A DNA stretch of 44,739 nt from a virus (lineage: Duplodnaviria > Caudoviricetes). Below are positions 25,973 to 36,425 of the stretch, piece by piece. The first letter of the stretch is position 1. Every line of letters begins with the position of its first letter. A program made the position numbers and the translations under genes. The stretch covers positions 1 to 44,739 of IMG/VR virus record IMGVR_UViG_3300028586_000034; one strand, written 5' to 3'. The notes under the pieces are model-generated. The model saw nothing but the letters and a program-made list of their open reading frames with translations. It had not been told where the DNA came from and ran no database searches.

Positions 25973-28327
25973 TCACTTAGAGCGACCGAGCTTGGAGTGG
26001 TACTTCGCCACGAATTCCAGCCCGACCAAGTTTAATTCCCCGACCCCATCAGTCGAGATGGTCAGGTCCGTTAGTTCTGCGCGGGTGCGCGCTGGTACGA
26101 TCACGGCGCTGTCGCCACCCTCGATAGGTGCGCCCAGCGACAGCTCCTGGCTGTAGTAGAACACCGGGCTGTACTCGTCCTCGTACGTGATGTCGCCGTC
26201 AGCCACAGTCACGTCGAACGGTGCCGAACGCAGGGTGCTCACTACGAACCGCAGTACAGTCATCTTGTTAGTGCTGATCTTGACGCCCTGGTAGTCCTTC
26301 CGCATCGGGGCGGTAGGAGTGACCGAGCTGCGGTACGGCAGGCCCACGCGCAGCTTACCGCCCTTGAACGAGCGCACCGTGGTCCACTTGCCGTCGGCGT
26401 AAGTAAGCCCCACCTCCTCACCCTCTAGTGGCCCCTCGGCGTTCACCGCCTTGATAGCGGCGCGGGCCTCGGGTTCCGGCAGCAGGTTTGGCAACCACGC
26501 GGGCATTTGCAGCACGCCGTCCACCGTGTCCACCTGGGTGTTAAAGTCCAGATACGTAACGGCTGCACCGTTGCGCCCGCCCTTCGGCTGGATGGTGCTG
26601 GCAAGGACTTGATCGCCGCCCAGGAACAGGACCACCACGGAGTCGCCACGGAAGCACGCAGCAGCAACCTCGCGTGGGAATTCCCAGCGATGCCAAGACG
26701 ACTGCACCTTCTCGTTACCAGACCAGATGTACTCATGCACAATCAGCACCTTGCGGTTCCCGGTAGGGGCGAACACGGCGGTACTCGACACCGAGCTTGT
26801 GACGGCGAAGCGGCAGCGACCAGGCATGTACGTCGGGAGGTGTGGTGTTACGTCGGCACTCTCGTACTGGCTCTCGACCGTGCTGCTTGGTAACATCTCC
26901 ATGAGGCCGAAGAACCCAGCGCTACGCGGGGCCGAGAACATCAGGCCACGCCCCACCTCCATTGGCCGCATGCGCAGATCGCAGGCGTACGAGGACACGG
27001 GGAGCACGGTGGCGGTGCGCGGGGTAAGGGCAGAGTTCGACCCAGGGATCACCGCCTGCACCTTATCCGCGAACAGCACCAAGTCCTTCATGTACGGTAC
27101 GGCGTACCGGTAGCTCGCACCCGAGGCAGCGGACGAACCAATGCCAATTGGGTCTGAGTCCAGCAGGGACACCACCGTGCTACGGTAGAACCGGCGCGTG
27201 TTATTGCTTGCGGACATGCACACGATGTTACCCGCAAGCAGGACCAGCCGCCCCTGGTACGAGGAGATGCCAGTGATACCCGCGCTCAGGAATTCCGGGT
27301 CCGGGTTCGTGTCCGCGTCTCCGGCGAATCGGCCCTCGAAGTTCTGTGAGTCCAGCACCCAGCCGCCCGCCCCATAGGACAGGGTGAGCGGGCAATTCTC
27401 CAACCAGCGAGGCGAGCTGTACTCCCCCGACTCCAACCATGTGGAGGACACTGCTTCATAGCGGTAGTACCGTTTGTTGTTGCTGTCGCCCAGCGTGAGC
27501 AAGTAGCCCTCGGCCTCTGGTGGCAGCGTGGCAGGCAGGTCGGACTCCTGGCGAATCTGCCCCGCGTTACTGCACACTATGTACGACAAGCCCGCCTCAG
27601 AGAACACCCGGAGCTGGGTCGCTGCGCTGGGTGCGCTCAGGAACACGAACGAGCCGGAGCGGTACGCCATAACGCCGTGCTGTGCTGTGCCCGCGTTGAG
27701 CGCTGCCGCCAGGGCGGTGGCGATGGCATCCGTGGTGGCCTGCCCCGCGTCCCCACCTGTAGTTCCCTGCGGGGTGGTGATCGTAGCCGTAGCCGTGAGC
27801 GTGTCGCCGGGTGGGTTCTTGTACGTGGCTGTGACGGTGTACGCCTTTTGGAATGCACCGGCCCTGATGTAGAAGAACCCCGCAGCCAGCGGGTTCGGAT
27901 ACACCGTAGACTGAGCAGGGCCGAGAACTGGCTTGCGCTCCAGATTGAGGAGCATGAGGGAGCTTCCCACTACCGCGTAGTCAATACTCGGCGCGAGCTT
28001 GGTGGCCTTCAAGTAGTTCGACTGAGCGGAGTACAGCGGCGCGCCGTCGTCGCCCATGACGTACAGGGAACCTTCTCGGGTGTTGATGATGACTTGGCAG
28101 GGGACCGACCCGACGGTGGTATCCCATGCTACGTAGTCGTCGGACGTAGCCCCGGCCTCCGCGAGCAGCGTGAAAGCGTGCTCCGCACCAGGGCGGCGGC
28201 GCAGGTTAGTGACGGCATCGGAGAGCATGTTAGTCTGCTCCGTGACCTGCCCATCCAGGCGCTCGCGTGCTACCTGCTGCGACACGCCCTGAAGCTGGGA
28301 CTTGTATGAATCTTCGTATGCTGACAT
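25973..28327 (-). CDS. Tail tubular protein B (nozzle)
   Basis: 784 aa; LQGVSQQ..RERL.GQ..Q.NMLSD.V..LRRRPG; R.AGD..TNP.P.F; YQGRL; QSSWHRW. Confidence 0.95.
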   Translation of the reverse strand: MSAYEDSYKSQLQGVSQQVARERLDGQVTEQTNMLSDAVTNLRRRPGAEHAFTLLAEAGATSDDYVAWDTTVGSVPCQVIINTREGSLYVMGDDGAPLYSAQSNYLKATKLAPSIDYAVVGSSLMLLNLERKPVLGPAQSTVYPNPLAAGFFYIRAGAFQKAYTVTATYKNPPGDTLTATATITTPQGTTGGDAGQATTDAIATALAAALNAGTAQHGVMAYRSGSFVFLSAPSAATQLRVFSEAGLSYIVCSNAGQIRQESDLPATLPPEAEGYLLTLGDSNNKRYYRYEAVSSTWLESGEYSSPRWLENCPLTLSYGAGGWVLDSQNFEGRFAGDADTNPDPEFLSAGITGISSYQGRLVLLAGNIVCMSASNNTRRFYRSTVVSLLDSDPIGIGSSAASGASYRYAVPYMKDLVLFADKVQAVIPGSNSALTPRTATVLPVSSYACDLRMRPMEVGRGLMFSAPRSAGFFGLMEMLPSSTVESQYESADVTPHLPTYMPGRCRFAVTSSVSSTAVFAPTGNRKVLIVHEYIWSGNEKVQSSWHRWEFPREVAAACFRGDSVVVLFLGGDQVLASTIQPKGGRNGAAVTYLDFNTQVDTVDGVLQMPAWLPNLLPEPEARAAIKAVNAEGPLEGEEVGLTYADGKWTTVRSFKGGKLRVGLPYRSSVTPTAPMRKDYQGVKISTNKMTVLRFVVSTLRSAPFDVTVADGDITYEDEYSPVFYYSQELSLGAPIEGGDSAVIVPARTRAELTDLTISTDGVGELNLVGLEFVAKYHSKLGRSK

Positions 28328-28336
28328 TGGGTTCCT

Positions 28337-28891
28337 TTAGGCGCGGAGGGCGCGGCGATAGTTCTTGTATCGCCGGGACTTCGTGGTGCTGTACTTCATG
28401 TTGCGGAGGTGCTCGGACTGCATGCGCTGCTCAGCCTCGGAGGCTTGGGCAGTCCACAGGCGAACCTCGTTGACCATGCCCAGATCGGTAACGGTCGCTT
28501 CCACGGCGGCAGCCGCGTACACGAGGGACGCTGCACTAGCTGGCAGTTCGTCGAACGGGACATCGAGGATAAGCTCGCCCGCTACCTTGCGGAACCATGC
28601 GAACGTGTTGTTCGTACTGTCGTGCAGGCGGTTGCCGCGTACGCTGCTAACCTCGCGCGTAGCTACGAACGAGAGCACGTCCTCGGACATGCCGATTTCG
28701 CCGGTGTTCGGATCGTACGCCAGCTCGGTGCAGTGCGTGTTGAACCACCAACCAGGGAGGAGGAGGTCACGGCGCACGCGGTCGAAGATAGGGAGGAGGA
28801 CCGCGAGCGTAGGGCTGCGGCTGTTCAGGGATGTCACCGGATGCTCGCCCAGCTTGGGCAAGATCAGGTTCACGGCGTCTAAGAGTTTCAT
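28337..28891 (-). CDS. Tail tubular protein A (adaptor)
   Basis: Start MKLLDAVNLIL..LGE; GWWFNT; PFDELP. Confidence 0.9.
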   Translation of the reverse strand: MKLLDAVNLILPKLGEHPVTSLNSRSPTLAVLLPIFDRVRRDLLLPGWWFNTHCTELAYDPNTGEIGMSEDVLSFVATREVSSVRGNRLHDSTNNTFAWFRKVAGELILDVPFDELPASAASLVYAAAAVEATVTDLGMVNEVRLWTAQASEAEQRMQSEHLRNMKYSTTKSRRYKNYRRALRA

Positions 28892-28902
28892 AGGCCCAAA
28901 CG

Positions 28903-28937
28903 AAAAAAGGGCGTCCACCCGCGAAGGTAGACGCCCT
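28903..28937 (-). terminator. Rho-independent terminator after the capsid gene (T-phi-like)
   Basis: AGGGCGTCTACC-loop-GGTGGACGCCCT followed by a T run. Confidence 0.9.
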
Positions 28938-28952
28938 AGTTACGACTAACGA

Positions 28953-29975
28953 TTAGTCGGTGAAGATCACAGCCACGCAGTCAGGACGACGCTGGCCCAC
29001 GGTGTACATGGTGTACGAGTCCAGGACCGACTGGAAGTTCTCCGGATCATCCCAGTGACGCACGGTCATGCCCTTGGCTTCGACAGTGACCAGCGCCTTC
29101 TTCGGCAGGTACACGACGATGCGGGCTTTCGCCTCAGCGGCGGTGACGTTGAACGACGCACCCAGGAGGTGAGCCGGGATGGCCTCGGTTGGGAAGCGCG
29201 GGGTCTCCATGACGCGGACGCCGTTCAGCCACGCGATGCGACGGCCCGAGAAGCTGTTGTCGCCAGCGCCACCCTGGAAGTCCACGTTCATCAGCTTCTT
29301 GTGGTCCAGCAGGATGTTGAACTCGTCCGGGGTCATCATGGTGATGGTGTCGGCCAGCGAGTCGCCCAGATCGCGCTTCACGAATTCAGCCAGGACATTC
29401 TTGTGGGTGTCCACGATGATGTCGGCCTTGACTTCGTTCTTGCTGCGCTGGGTCGAAGCGTCAGCCACGGCGGCGGCGTAGCCGGTCAGCGTGTATTTCA
29501 TGCCGTCCTTGAAGGCTGGCTTGAGGTGCGCCGGTGCCACGAACGACGAGCACTTGATGAGCTGAATGATGTGCGCTTGGTCGAACGACTTGGCGTGAGC
29601 CGAGCCGTGCTCTGCGCTGTACTCGGCCTGGAAGTCCGGCGAGGTCCAGTCATCCTGGTAGTCGAATGGCGTACGGATGTACGAGGTGGTGTCCACCGTC
29701 ACCACGAACTTGTCGTTGGCGATGCGGCTTGCGTCAAGCGACTGGCCCGACTTACGGCCACGCACTTCGGCTGCACCGATGCGGTCGCCGCGCCACGTAT
29801 TGCTGTTGTTGCCGACCGACTTGAAGTTGGTCAGACCCGACGCGCGGAAGATCGACTGCACGCGGAACGAGCCGTCGATGTCGCCTTCGTACGCCTCAAT
29901 GTGGATGTCCACATCTGCGTTCGCGCCTGCCCAGTGAGCGCGGGTTTGGGCTGCTGCCATTGGAACTGCTGCCAT
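28953..29975 (-). CDS. Major capsid protein
   Basis: 340 aa; DIHIEAYEG, VTVDT, HAKSFDQAHIIQLIK, LNGVRVMETPRF, GQRRPD. Confidence 0.95.
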   Translation of the reverse strand: MAAVPMAAAQTRAHWAGANADVDIHIEAYEGDIDGSFRVQSIFRASGLTNFKSVGNNSNTWRGDRIGAAEVRGRKSGQSLDASRIANDKFVVTVDTTSYIRTPFDYQDDWTSPDFQAEYSAEHGSAHAKSFDQAHIIQLIKCSSFVAPAHLKPAFKDGMKYTLTGYAAAVADASTQRSKNEVKADIIVDTHKNVLAEFVKRDLGDSLADTITMMTPDEFNILLDHKKLMNVDFQGGAGDNSFSGRRIAWLNGVRVMETPRFPTEAIPAHLLGASFNVTAAEAKARIVVYLPKKALVTVEAKGMTVRHWDDPENFQSVLDSYTMYTVGQRRPDCVAVIFTD

Positions 29976-30062
29976 GTTGTATCTCTCTCAGGTGTGAATG
30001 CACCCCACCTGTGGGGAGAATCCCCACAAGCTCCATCCGAGGAGCCGGTGGGGTTGTTTGTA

Positions 30063-30926
30063 TTACAGGCCGAGCGACTTGCCCAGCGTACGACGCTGGA
30101 ACAGGTCAGCACGAGCTTGCTCGAAGCCCGGGGCGTTCGCGTTCAGCTTGCGCAACTCAGCTTGGAAGCCGATCTTGTCGAGGCCGCTTGCACCGCCTGC
30201 ACCACCAGCGCCAGCGTGGACCAGGCCAGGGGCCACCGGGATCAGCCCCGATGCCTTAGCGTGGTCCAGCACCATCTGCGCTGCGGCCTTGGCGGATTCA
30301 GCGTTGCCCGAGTCGAGCATCTGCTTGACGACTTGCTTGACGTGCGGCTGAGCGCCCTTGTCGAACGCGGCTGCTGCCACGTTCCACTGCTGCTCGCCGC
30401 CTGCCACTGCGTACACCGCTTGAGCGCCTTCGGCTGCTTGGGCCTCGACTCGGGCAACGATGCCCTCGGCGATAGCGATCAGGTGCGCCGCTTGCGCGCC
30501 GCCCTTCTCGATGATGTACGCCTTGTCGATCAGCGCAGCGTTGCCGTGCGTCAGGGCATTGCCCAGAGCGCGGTTGATGTCCAGGCCAGCAGTCGAGCTG
30601 GTCAGCATGGCGGTCATTGCGGTGAGCTGCGGATCGTTCGCGGTGGTCAGCTCAGCCGGGGCCGAGATGCCAGCGACAGGCAGCAGGGCCGGTGCAGCAG
30701 GCGCTTGTGGCGCTGGTGCAGCTTTACCTGCGAGTGCAGCCGCTACGGCAGCGTCGAGGTCAGCTTGCGTGAAGCCGCCCTGTGCTGGCGCTGCGGGAGC
30801 CGCTGGGGCTGGTGGCGGTGCGAACGGCTGTGCCGATGGTGGAGGTGCGCCGCCCTCGTTGGTGCGAGCACCTGGAGGGATTGGCGGGATACCGCCGCCT
30901 GCTGGAACTTGGAATGCGTCTGCCAT
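30063..30926 (-). CDS. Capsid scaffolding protein
   Basis: Pro/Ala-rich N-terminus, AGGEQQWN.A.A.F, C-terminal RR.LGK..GL; between portal and capsid. Confidence 0.9.
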   Translation of the reverse strand: MADAFQVPAGGGIPPIPPGARTNEGGAPPPSAQPFAPPPAPAAPAAPAQGGFTQADLDAAVAAALAGKAAPAPQAPAAPALLPVAGISAPAELTTANDPQLTAMTAMLTSSTAGLDINRALGNALTHGNAALIDKAYIIEKGGAQAAHLIAIAEGIVARVEAQAAEGAQAVYAVAGGEQQWNVAAAAFDKGAQPHVKQVVKQMLDSGNAESAKAAAQMVLDHAKASGLIPVAPGLVHAGAGGAGGASGLDKIGFQAELRKLNANAPGFEQARADLFQRRTLGKSLGL

Positions 30927-30934
30927 GTGGCCCT

Positions 30935-32494
30935 TTACTGTTGGATTGCCTGGAGCTGGTTAGCTTGGTCTTGAAGCGTCGTTGCCGTCTGCATCTGACC
31001 CAGCCCAGCGAGTTCTTGTTGCTCGGCCTCTGCTTCCTTAGCCAACTGATCCTCGCTCTTGAAGAACTCGGAAGTGTCTACGGATGCTGCGGCCATGATG
31101 ATGTCGAACACCTTGGCCCCGTCTACGCGCTTGTCCGCCTGCGTCAGAATCGGGATGATGGCTGCGGCGTCTTGTGCAGCGGCAGCGAGGTTCTGCACGT
31201 CCGCCTGTCGTCCCAGTGCTGGGAGACCTGCGATAATGCCTAACTTGATCTGCTCATTGACAATACCTTCCATCATCCCCGGATCGACTTCGGTTAGGAG
31301 GACGTGTGCGAGTGGGACTTGCATTGCGGACGACAGGGAGGAGTACACACCGCCGAGGGTGGTCTCTGCTTCCAGTGCGTCCTGTTTCAACTCGAACGCC
31401 GTAACGCGCTCAGCGTCACGGGTGCTGCCCTTGTACATGAAGGCACGGGCGAGTCGCTGGAATACCGACTCAATCTCAGCCGACATCTGCTTGAGCTTGT
31501 TCGCGTCACCGCCCTCGTGGGCGACAACGGCTTCCTTCGTACCTGCCACGTACTCGCCGGTCTCTGCGTTAGCCAGCTCGTCAATGTTGGCCCCGGAACC
31601 CGGAGCAACCAAGTTGACTACCTTAGCCATAGCGATGCCGTACAGCGTGGAGGCGTGGCTCATGTCGGACAGCTTAGCGAAACCGCCAGCGAAGTCTTCG
31701 ACCAGCCCGCGTCCGTAGTGCTCACCGGAGATGAGCGTCCACGTCACGGGTTGCCACGGGCAGAGGTGCTCAGGGTAACTACCCGGAGTGCCGACAAGAA
31801 TACCGTCGGCCTCTTGCGTGATGCTGTACACCACGCGGCCCGAAGGCAGTGTGTCCCGCTTGATACGGGTGTACAGCTCCACGCGGTTGTTACCGGCGTT
31901 CTCTGGCTTGTACCGGCCTCGGTTACGAGCGCGCACTGCTGCCTGCACATCTGGGGACAGCGACTCGAAGTCAGTGTGCTCCAGTAGGATAGTGTCAAGC
32001 GCAGTGCCGCGACCGTCGCGGCGAACAGCGTACTGCTGGAGGCCGTAGGCGTGAGTCTTCTCTGCGGCACTGTCGCGGTAGAGCAGGACATTGCCAGTAA
32101 CGATCAGGTGCCGCATGGCGAGCACAAGCTGCTCATACGACGCGTTCAAGAACAGTTGCTGGCAGGACTCCATCTCCATACGGGACAGACCTGCCTGCAT
32201 CGAGGACTTCGATACGCCTTGCCGTTCAGCCAGCGCTACGAGTGATGCGCTCGGTTTAATCTTGTAGAACGGGCGGCTAGTGGGGAACAGCAGCCCAGCG
32301 AGTTTCGCACCGAGGTTGTTCACTAGCAGCGGCCCGACTTCTTGGAAGTCTCGTTCCAGAACGGCAGCAGTGCCGCTAAGGATGGTCAGGTCTGCCATGA
32401 GCTGCGGCAGGGTCCACTTCGCATACTGTGTGCTCTTGACGATTACCGAGTGATCCCGGTAGCGGTCATACAGCGCCTTGTGCGTAACTCGCAT
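30935..32494 (-). CDS. Portal (head-tail connector)
   Basis: 519 aa; YAKWTLP, LVNNL..KL..LLFP, GEHYGRGLVED, RDAERVTA.E, LGGVYS. Confidence 0.95.
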   Translation of the reverse strand: MRVTHKALYDRYRDHSVIVKSTQYAKWTLPQLMADLTILSGTAAVLERDFQEVGPLLVNNLGAKLAGLLFPTSRPFYKIKPSASLVALAERQGVSKSSMQAGLSRMEMESCQQLFLNASYEQLVLAMRHLIVTGNVLLYRDSAAEKTHAYGLQQYAVRRDGRGTALDTILLEHTDFESLSPDVQAAVRARNRGRYKPENAGNNRVELYTRIKRDTLPSGRVVYSITQEADGILVGTPGSYPEHLCPWQPVTWTLISGEHYGRGLVEDFAGGFAKLSDMSHASTLYGIAMAKVVNLVAPGSGANIDELANAETGEYVAGTKEAVVAHEGGDANKLKQMSAEIESVFQRLARAFMYKGSTRDAERVTAFELKQDALEAETTLGGVYSSLSSAMQVPLAHVLLTEVDPGMMEGIVNEQIKLGIIAGLPALGRQADVQNLAAAAQDAAAIIPILTQADKRVDGAKVFDIIMAAASVDTSEFFKSEDQLAKEAEAEQQELAGLGQMQTATTLQDQANQLQAIQQ

Positions 32495-32502
32495 GATGTC
32501 CT

Positions 32503-32829
32503 TTAAGCGTTGATGCCCAGACTGGACGACAGCGAAGGTGCGGTGCGTTTCTTGCGGAGCTGTGTGATAGCGTCCGCTGCACCACCGGCGACAACGTTAG
32601 TGCTGGCCGTCATGTTCGCAGTAGCGTTGTTCGCATCTTGCAATGCGTTAGCGTTATTCTGCATGGCGATCAGTGTATCGTTGTGCGCCTTCTGTTCGGC
32701 AAGCGTATTCTCTTGTTGAGTAATCGCATCCTGCCGCGCTTGCTCTGTGAGTGCCGCCTGTGCCTTCAGGGCGTCGTTCGCCTTGTTCCTGGCTTTATCA
32801 ATACCCAGGATTTTCGAGAAGAATCCCAA
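32503..32829 (-). CDS. Small virion protein preceding portal
   Basis: MGFFSKILG...RKKR...LSSSLGINA; TTG start. Confidence 0.75.
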   Translation of the reverse strand: MGFFSKILGIDKARNKANDALKAQAALTEQARQDAITQQENTLAEQKAHNDTLIAMQNNANALQDANNATANMTASTNVVAGGAADAITQLRKKRTAPSLSSSLGINA

Positions 32830-32831
32830 TG

Positions 32832-33011
32832 CTATCTCCCAGTCTGGATGCGTTCCTTAACGAACAGCACCATCGAGCGCTGACCCATGTAGAACCGTAG
32901 TTCCTCATGGGTGGCACTCGGCAGTAGTATGCGCTCAGGAAATTGTTTGTTCAGAAGTTCGTACTGTTGTACCGTGAACTTCACGTCTATGGTCACTTTT
33001 GGACCTGGCAT
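32832..33011 (-). CDS. Small hypothetical protein opening the late operon
   Basis: Start MPGPKV behind AAAGGTGA; F...QYELL.KQFPE...GQRS. Confidence 0.7.
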   Translation of the reverse strand: MPGPKVTIDVKFTVQQYELLNKQFPERILLPSATHEELRFYMGQRSMVLFVKERIQTGR

Positions 33012-33046
33012 GGTAATCACCTTTAATCTCGGTTTATCCCATCCTA

Positions 33047-33066
33047 CCATACTATGTGACTCTAAA
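33047..33066 (-). promoter_or_regulatory. Putative phage RNAP late promoter, class 1
   Basis: TTTAGAGTCACATAGTATGG directly upstream of the structural operon; matches 4404-4421. Confidence 0.85.
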
Positions 33067-33161
33067 TCACCCGAGGGTAGAACGCTTAGATTTCTCTGCG
33101 AGTGCAGGCTGCACGGCGGGGTTATACCCGCACCATGCTACGCCCTAGTCGCTCGCTTCCT

Positions 33162-33189
33162 ATGGTCTTACCATTTTATGTCCCTCTAA
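33162..33189 (-). promoter_or_regulatory. Putative phage RNAP promoter, class 2
   Basis: TTAGAGGGACATAAAATGGTAAGACCAT, 3 nt after the RNAP stop; identical copy on + at 9009-9036. Confidence 0.7.
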
Positions 33190-33192
33190 GTC

Positions 33193-35649
33193 TTAGCAGA
33201 AGAAGAACTCAGAATCCAGCACGTCCAGCAGATTCAGCGTACCGCGCATTGGCACTTCACCAATGCCGTCAACCTCCCACAGGAAGTTCGCCAGCATGTT
33301 ATCTGCGCGGTACATCTCAACGAAGGCGGTACGGATTGCGGTGTGCAGGGTGTCTACATCGCAAGGATGCGTACCGAACGAGTCGTGGATGCCTACGATG
33401 TCCAGACCAGCCTTCTGCATCTCCAACGCGGTAAGCGTCAGGTGTGAGGCGTCCAGGGCGTGTACGAAGTTCGGGCTGACTGCGTTCTGCATCGGGATCG
33501 GCTTGGTGTCCTCGTTGTACTAGCGCACCAGCGCAGTCTCCACGCCGCACGACCGCAGCTTCACTCGCACCTCGTCGAAGTCCTGGTAGTCGTGCTGCAC
33601 CAGGAACCCGGTAGGGCTAGTCCACTCCATTCGCTTGCCCTTCGGCTGCTGCTTCGCTACCTGCTTCAACCACTGCATGCAGGAGGCTGCGGCAGGGACC
33701 GTAGCGGCGATGCCCTCGAACAGCTTGGTGGCTGCATACGAGCAGTAATCATACGCCCTCGCGCCTTCTGGGAACGTCAGGCCCATGTCGTGCTCGGCAT
33801 ACCCCTGGACGAATCCGGTCGTGCCGCGCAGGGTCGCGCCATACACGTACGTCATCACAGGGGTTTTGCTCATGCCGCGTGGGATGCCCGCACGGAGCCA
33901 CCACAGGGCGATTGCGGCCTTCTCTGGGTCCGAGTCCTCCGAATCCATCTCGATGGCCCTGAGCGCGTTCTGAGCGACCTTGGCATAGATGTCCTGCTTC
34001 GGCCCCACGCAATCCTTGTCATAAAGGTTCGTGTACCCGCCACCGACAGGATCGCGCAGCAGGGCTGAGAAGTGCTGGAGGCCCGAGCACGTCGCGTCCA
34101 TGTGGATCGGCACGCCGGTCTCGTACGACTCGGGGTGGCCCGTTCTGAGGGCTTCACGCAGCTCCCAGGCGGCGGCGAACATGCACCAGGGCGCATCCTT
34201 GCCCCACACGTCCGGGTGGTTCTCCGGCTCGTCCAGGGCGCGCTCGATGGCGGGCCAGTTCTCGATGGTCCACATGGCCCGTGAGTGGAAGCGTTCCTTG
34301 TCGAACCCGAAACAGTTCGCAATGTGGACGCGGAGCCAGAACACGCCACGATCACCCAGCGCCTTCTTCTTGGAGAAGTGCAGCGTACCCTTGGCGAGGT
34401 CCGAGCCTTGCGGGTTCGGCCCGCCACGGTAGTACCAGCGGCCCCGCTTGTCGAAGAACATCGGGAACCACAGCGCGCCCTGCTGCTTGCGGGAGACGCG
34501 CAGGAAGCCGGTTACTTCCCGGACCTTGCCGCGCCACTCCTTCAGGCTGCTGTAGTATCCGGTCACTTCGTACTTCCAACGCTGGAACGCAGCCAGCTCG
34601 GCTTCGGTCGCGTCGGCCTTGGTCCAGGTATCCGGGAACGGGAACGGGGGCTTTGGTGGACCAGCACGCAGCGGCACGCCCAGGTCGCCGCCGCCCGCCG
34701 ACCACACCTTAGAGATGGCGTCGAGCGTAGGCTGGTGGATGCCGAACGCTACCGACTGCATGTAGTTCAGCGCGCCGAACACTACCGGCATCTTCTCGGC
34801 AGTGAACGAGTCACGCAGGCGGCGGCGCTCCCCCTTGCGAACCGAGCGCAGCGACATGGCAGGCTGGGCTGCCCTGCGGCGTGGGCTGAGGTAGCCACCA
34901 TCGTTCAGGTTCGTCCACGGGTCAGGCTCGCACATCATAGCGCCGGTGTCCTTGTTCAGGATGCCCGACACGTCGCTCTCGCGGTAGTCCAGCAGGAATT
35001 CCATAACCTCCGGCTCAATCTCGTACGAGAACATCAGGCCCGCCGTGCTGCGGGACTTCACGAGGCGGATGATACCGGCGTCGAGCACAGCCTGCACGCC
35101 GAACTTGCCGAGCTGTAGCGCCTCGGTCTCGGTCAGCATGCTGTCCAGCTCGCCCTTCATCACGCGGTCGTACGCCACGTTGTACAGGGTGCGGAGGTGG
35201 CGCTTGTCGGTGGTGGCGTTCTCCTTGACCTGCTCATGGATGCGCTGCATGTACACGGGGTTCACGGTCTCGGCTTCGCGGATACGCACCTCGGTCTCGT
35301 ACAGGCGACCGATGTTACCGGCGAGCACCTGGATCGTTACCGGCTTGTTCCGGGTCACAGCGCCGACGCACTGCGCGATGCACTCACGGAGAGCGATCAC
35401 AGCAGCGACATCGGTAGGGACGCCGCGCAACCAGTTCTTGAACTTGCCGCCGACGCCTCGGGTCTTAACCGCCAGGGCGTCATCCAGGGATTGCTTGACT
35501 TGGGTGTACGCCCGAGCCACGAACTTCTGTGCTCGTGGGAGGTTCACATCGCCAGCCGACGCTTCGCAGCGCAGGGCTTCGAGGCGTTCGGCAGCGGCGG
35601 TGCTGTCGGATTCAATTTCGTATTGCAGTTGCTGGTCGCGCAGGGTCAT
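33193..35649 (-). CDS. Single-subunit T7-type RNA polymerase (818 codons) interrupted by one in-frame TAG at 33520-33522
   Basis: DKRGRWYY, PQGSD, DATCSGLQH, R...K.PVMTYVYG, then past the TAG in the same frame PNFVHALDASH, IHDSFGT, EFFFC. Confidence 0.93.
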
Positions 35650-35656
35650 TGGTTCC

Positions 35657-35818
35657 TTACAGGGAGTGTGCCGGGTACGCCTCGGCTACTTCGAGGCTGA
35701 GCTGCGCTCCCGCTTCCGGGTACGCATAGTTGATTTCGTCCAGCAGGGTGGCTGCTGAGCTGTAGTCGCGGCACTCCATGTAGGCCATGAGCTTCTGGCG
35801 GGCATTACTTACGTCCAT
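35657..35818 (-). CDS. 53-aa hypothetical protein
   Basis: Start MDVSNAR behind AAGGA; directly upstream of RNAP. Confidence 0.7.
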   Translation of the reverse strand: MDVSNARQKLMAYMECRDYSSAATLLDEINYAYPEAGAQLSLEVAEAYPAHSL

Positions 35819-36425
35819 TTGATTCCTTGTGGTTGAATGAGGCGGCTGGTGCTGCCTTGTGGCCTGCGATTTCGCACTCCTCCTGCAAGAGCGCAAGAGT
35901 GCGCCACGCCAGGGCGCGCAACTCGTCAATGCGGGCCGCGCTGCCGGGCTTGTGCTCTGAGGCGTCTACGAGGTGCCGCACGATGCAGTCCTCGTGGTCC
36001 CCGGACTTGCCCCGCGCATGTTGCAGCGGGAGGCCGGGGTTGTGCTTCTCGTTGCCGAGGAAGCTGTGGTTGCTGACCTGGGCCAGCGCTGCCGGGAAGT
36101 ACCGGAGCAGGCCGGAGAACAGCGGCCAGCGCTTGCGCTCGGCGCTGTCGATTGGCAGGGCGGGCCGACCGGGTGCGCCGAGTGGTGGCGCGGACGGCGG
36201 CACCGCCGCGCAGATGGGCTTCGCTGGGGGCGGCTTTGGGTCATACGCCGCCTCCAGCGACTTTGGTACGAGGCCTGGGTACAGCTCGTGGGTGGGTATG
36301 CGGCTGTCCGGTACAACGCCTTTAAACCGGACCCAGTACGTGTCATCTTCGGGCATGTACGCCCAGTGTATGACTTCCCGGCCCACGTACTTCGGGTCTT
36401 TACCGATGTAGCGTGCGTGCATCAC
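35805..36425 (-). CDS. DUF5664-like (dATP/dGTP diphosphohydrolase N-terminal family) protein
   Basis: RK..P..SG.L.YFP.AL..VS..S..GN.KH.PG.PL...R.KS.D..D...RH...ALAWR.LA.LQ. Confidence 0.65.
   Translation of the reverse strand: MMHARYIGKDPKYVGREVIHWAYMPEDDTYWVRFKGVVPDSRIPTHELYPGLVPKSLEAAYDPKPPPAKPICAAVPPSAPPLGAPGRPALPIDSAERKRWPLFSGLLRYFPAALAQVSNHSFLGNEKHNPGLPLQHARGKSGDHEDCIVRHLVDASEHKPGSAARIDELRALAWRTLALLQEECEIAGHKAAPAASFNHKESNGRK

Noticed and set aside
28940-28975. Capsid frameshift or readthrough extension like T7 10B
   Set aside because: No slippery site seen; TAA is followed directly by the terminator
32421-32440. Extra phage promoter in the portal gene (CAAGAGCACACAGTATG), and weaker look-alikes near 8760 and 9460
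   Set aside because: The upstream TTAGAG block is out of register or mismatched
35805-36425. 2-aminoadenine (Z) genome system
   Set aside because: No PurZ-like or dATPase partner gene recognised anywhere in the window
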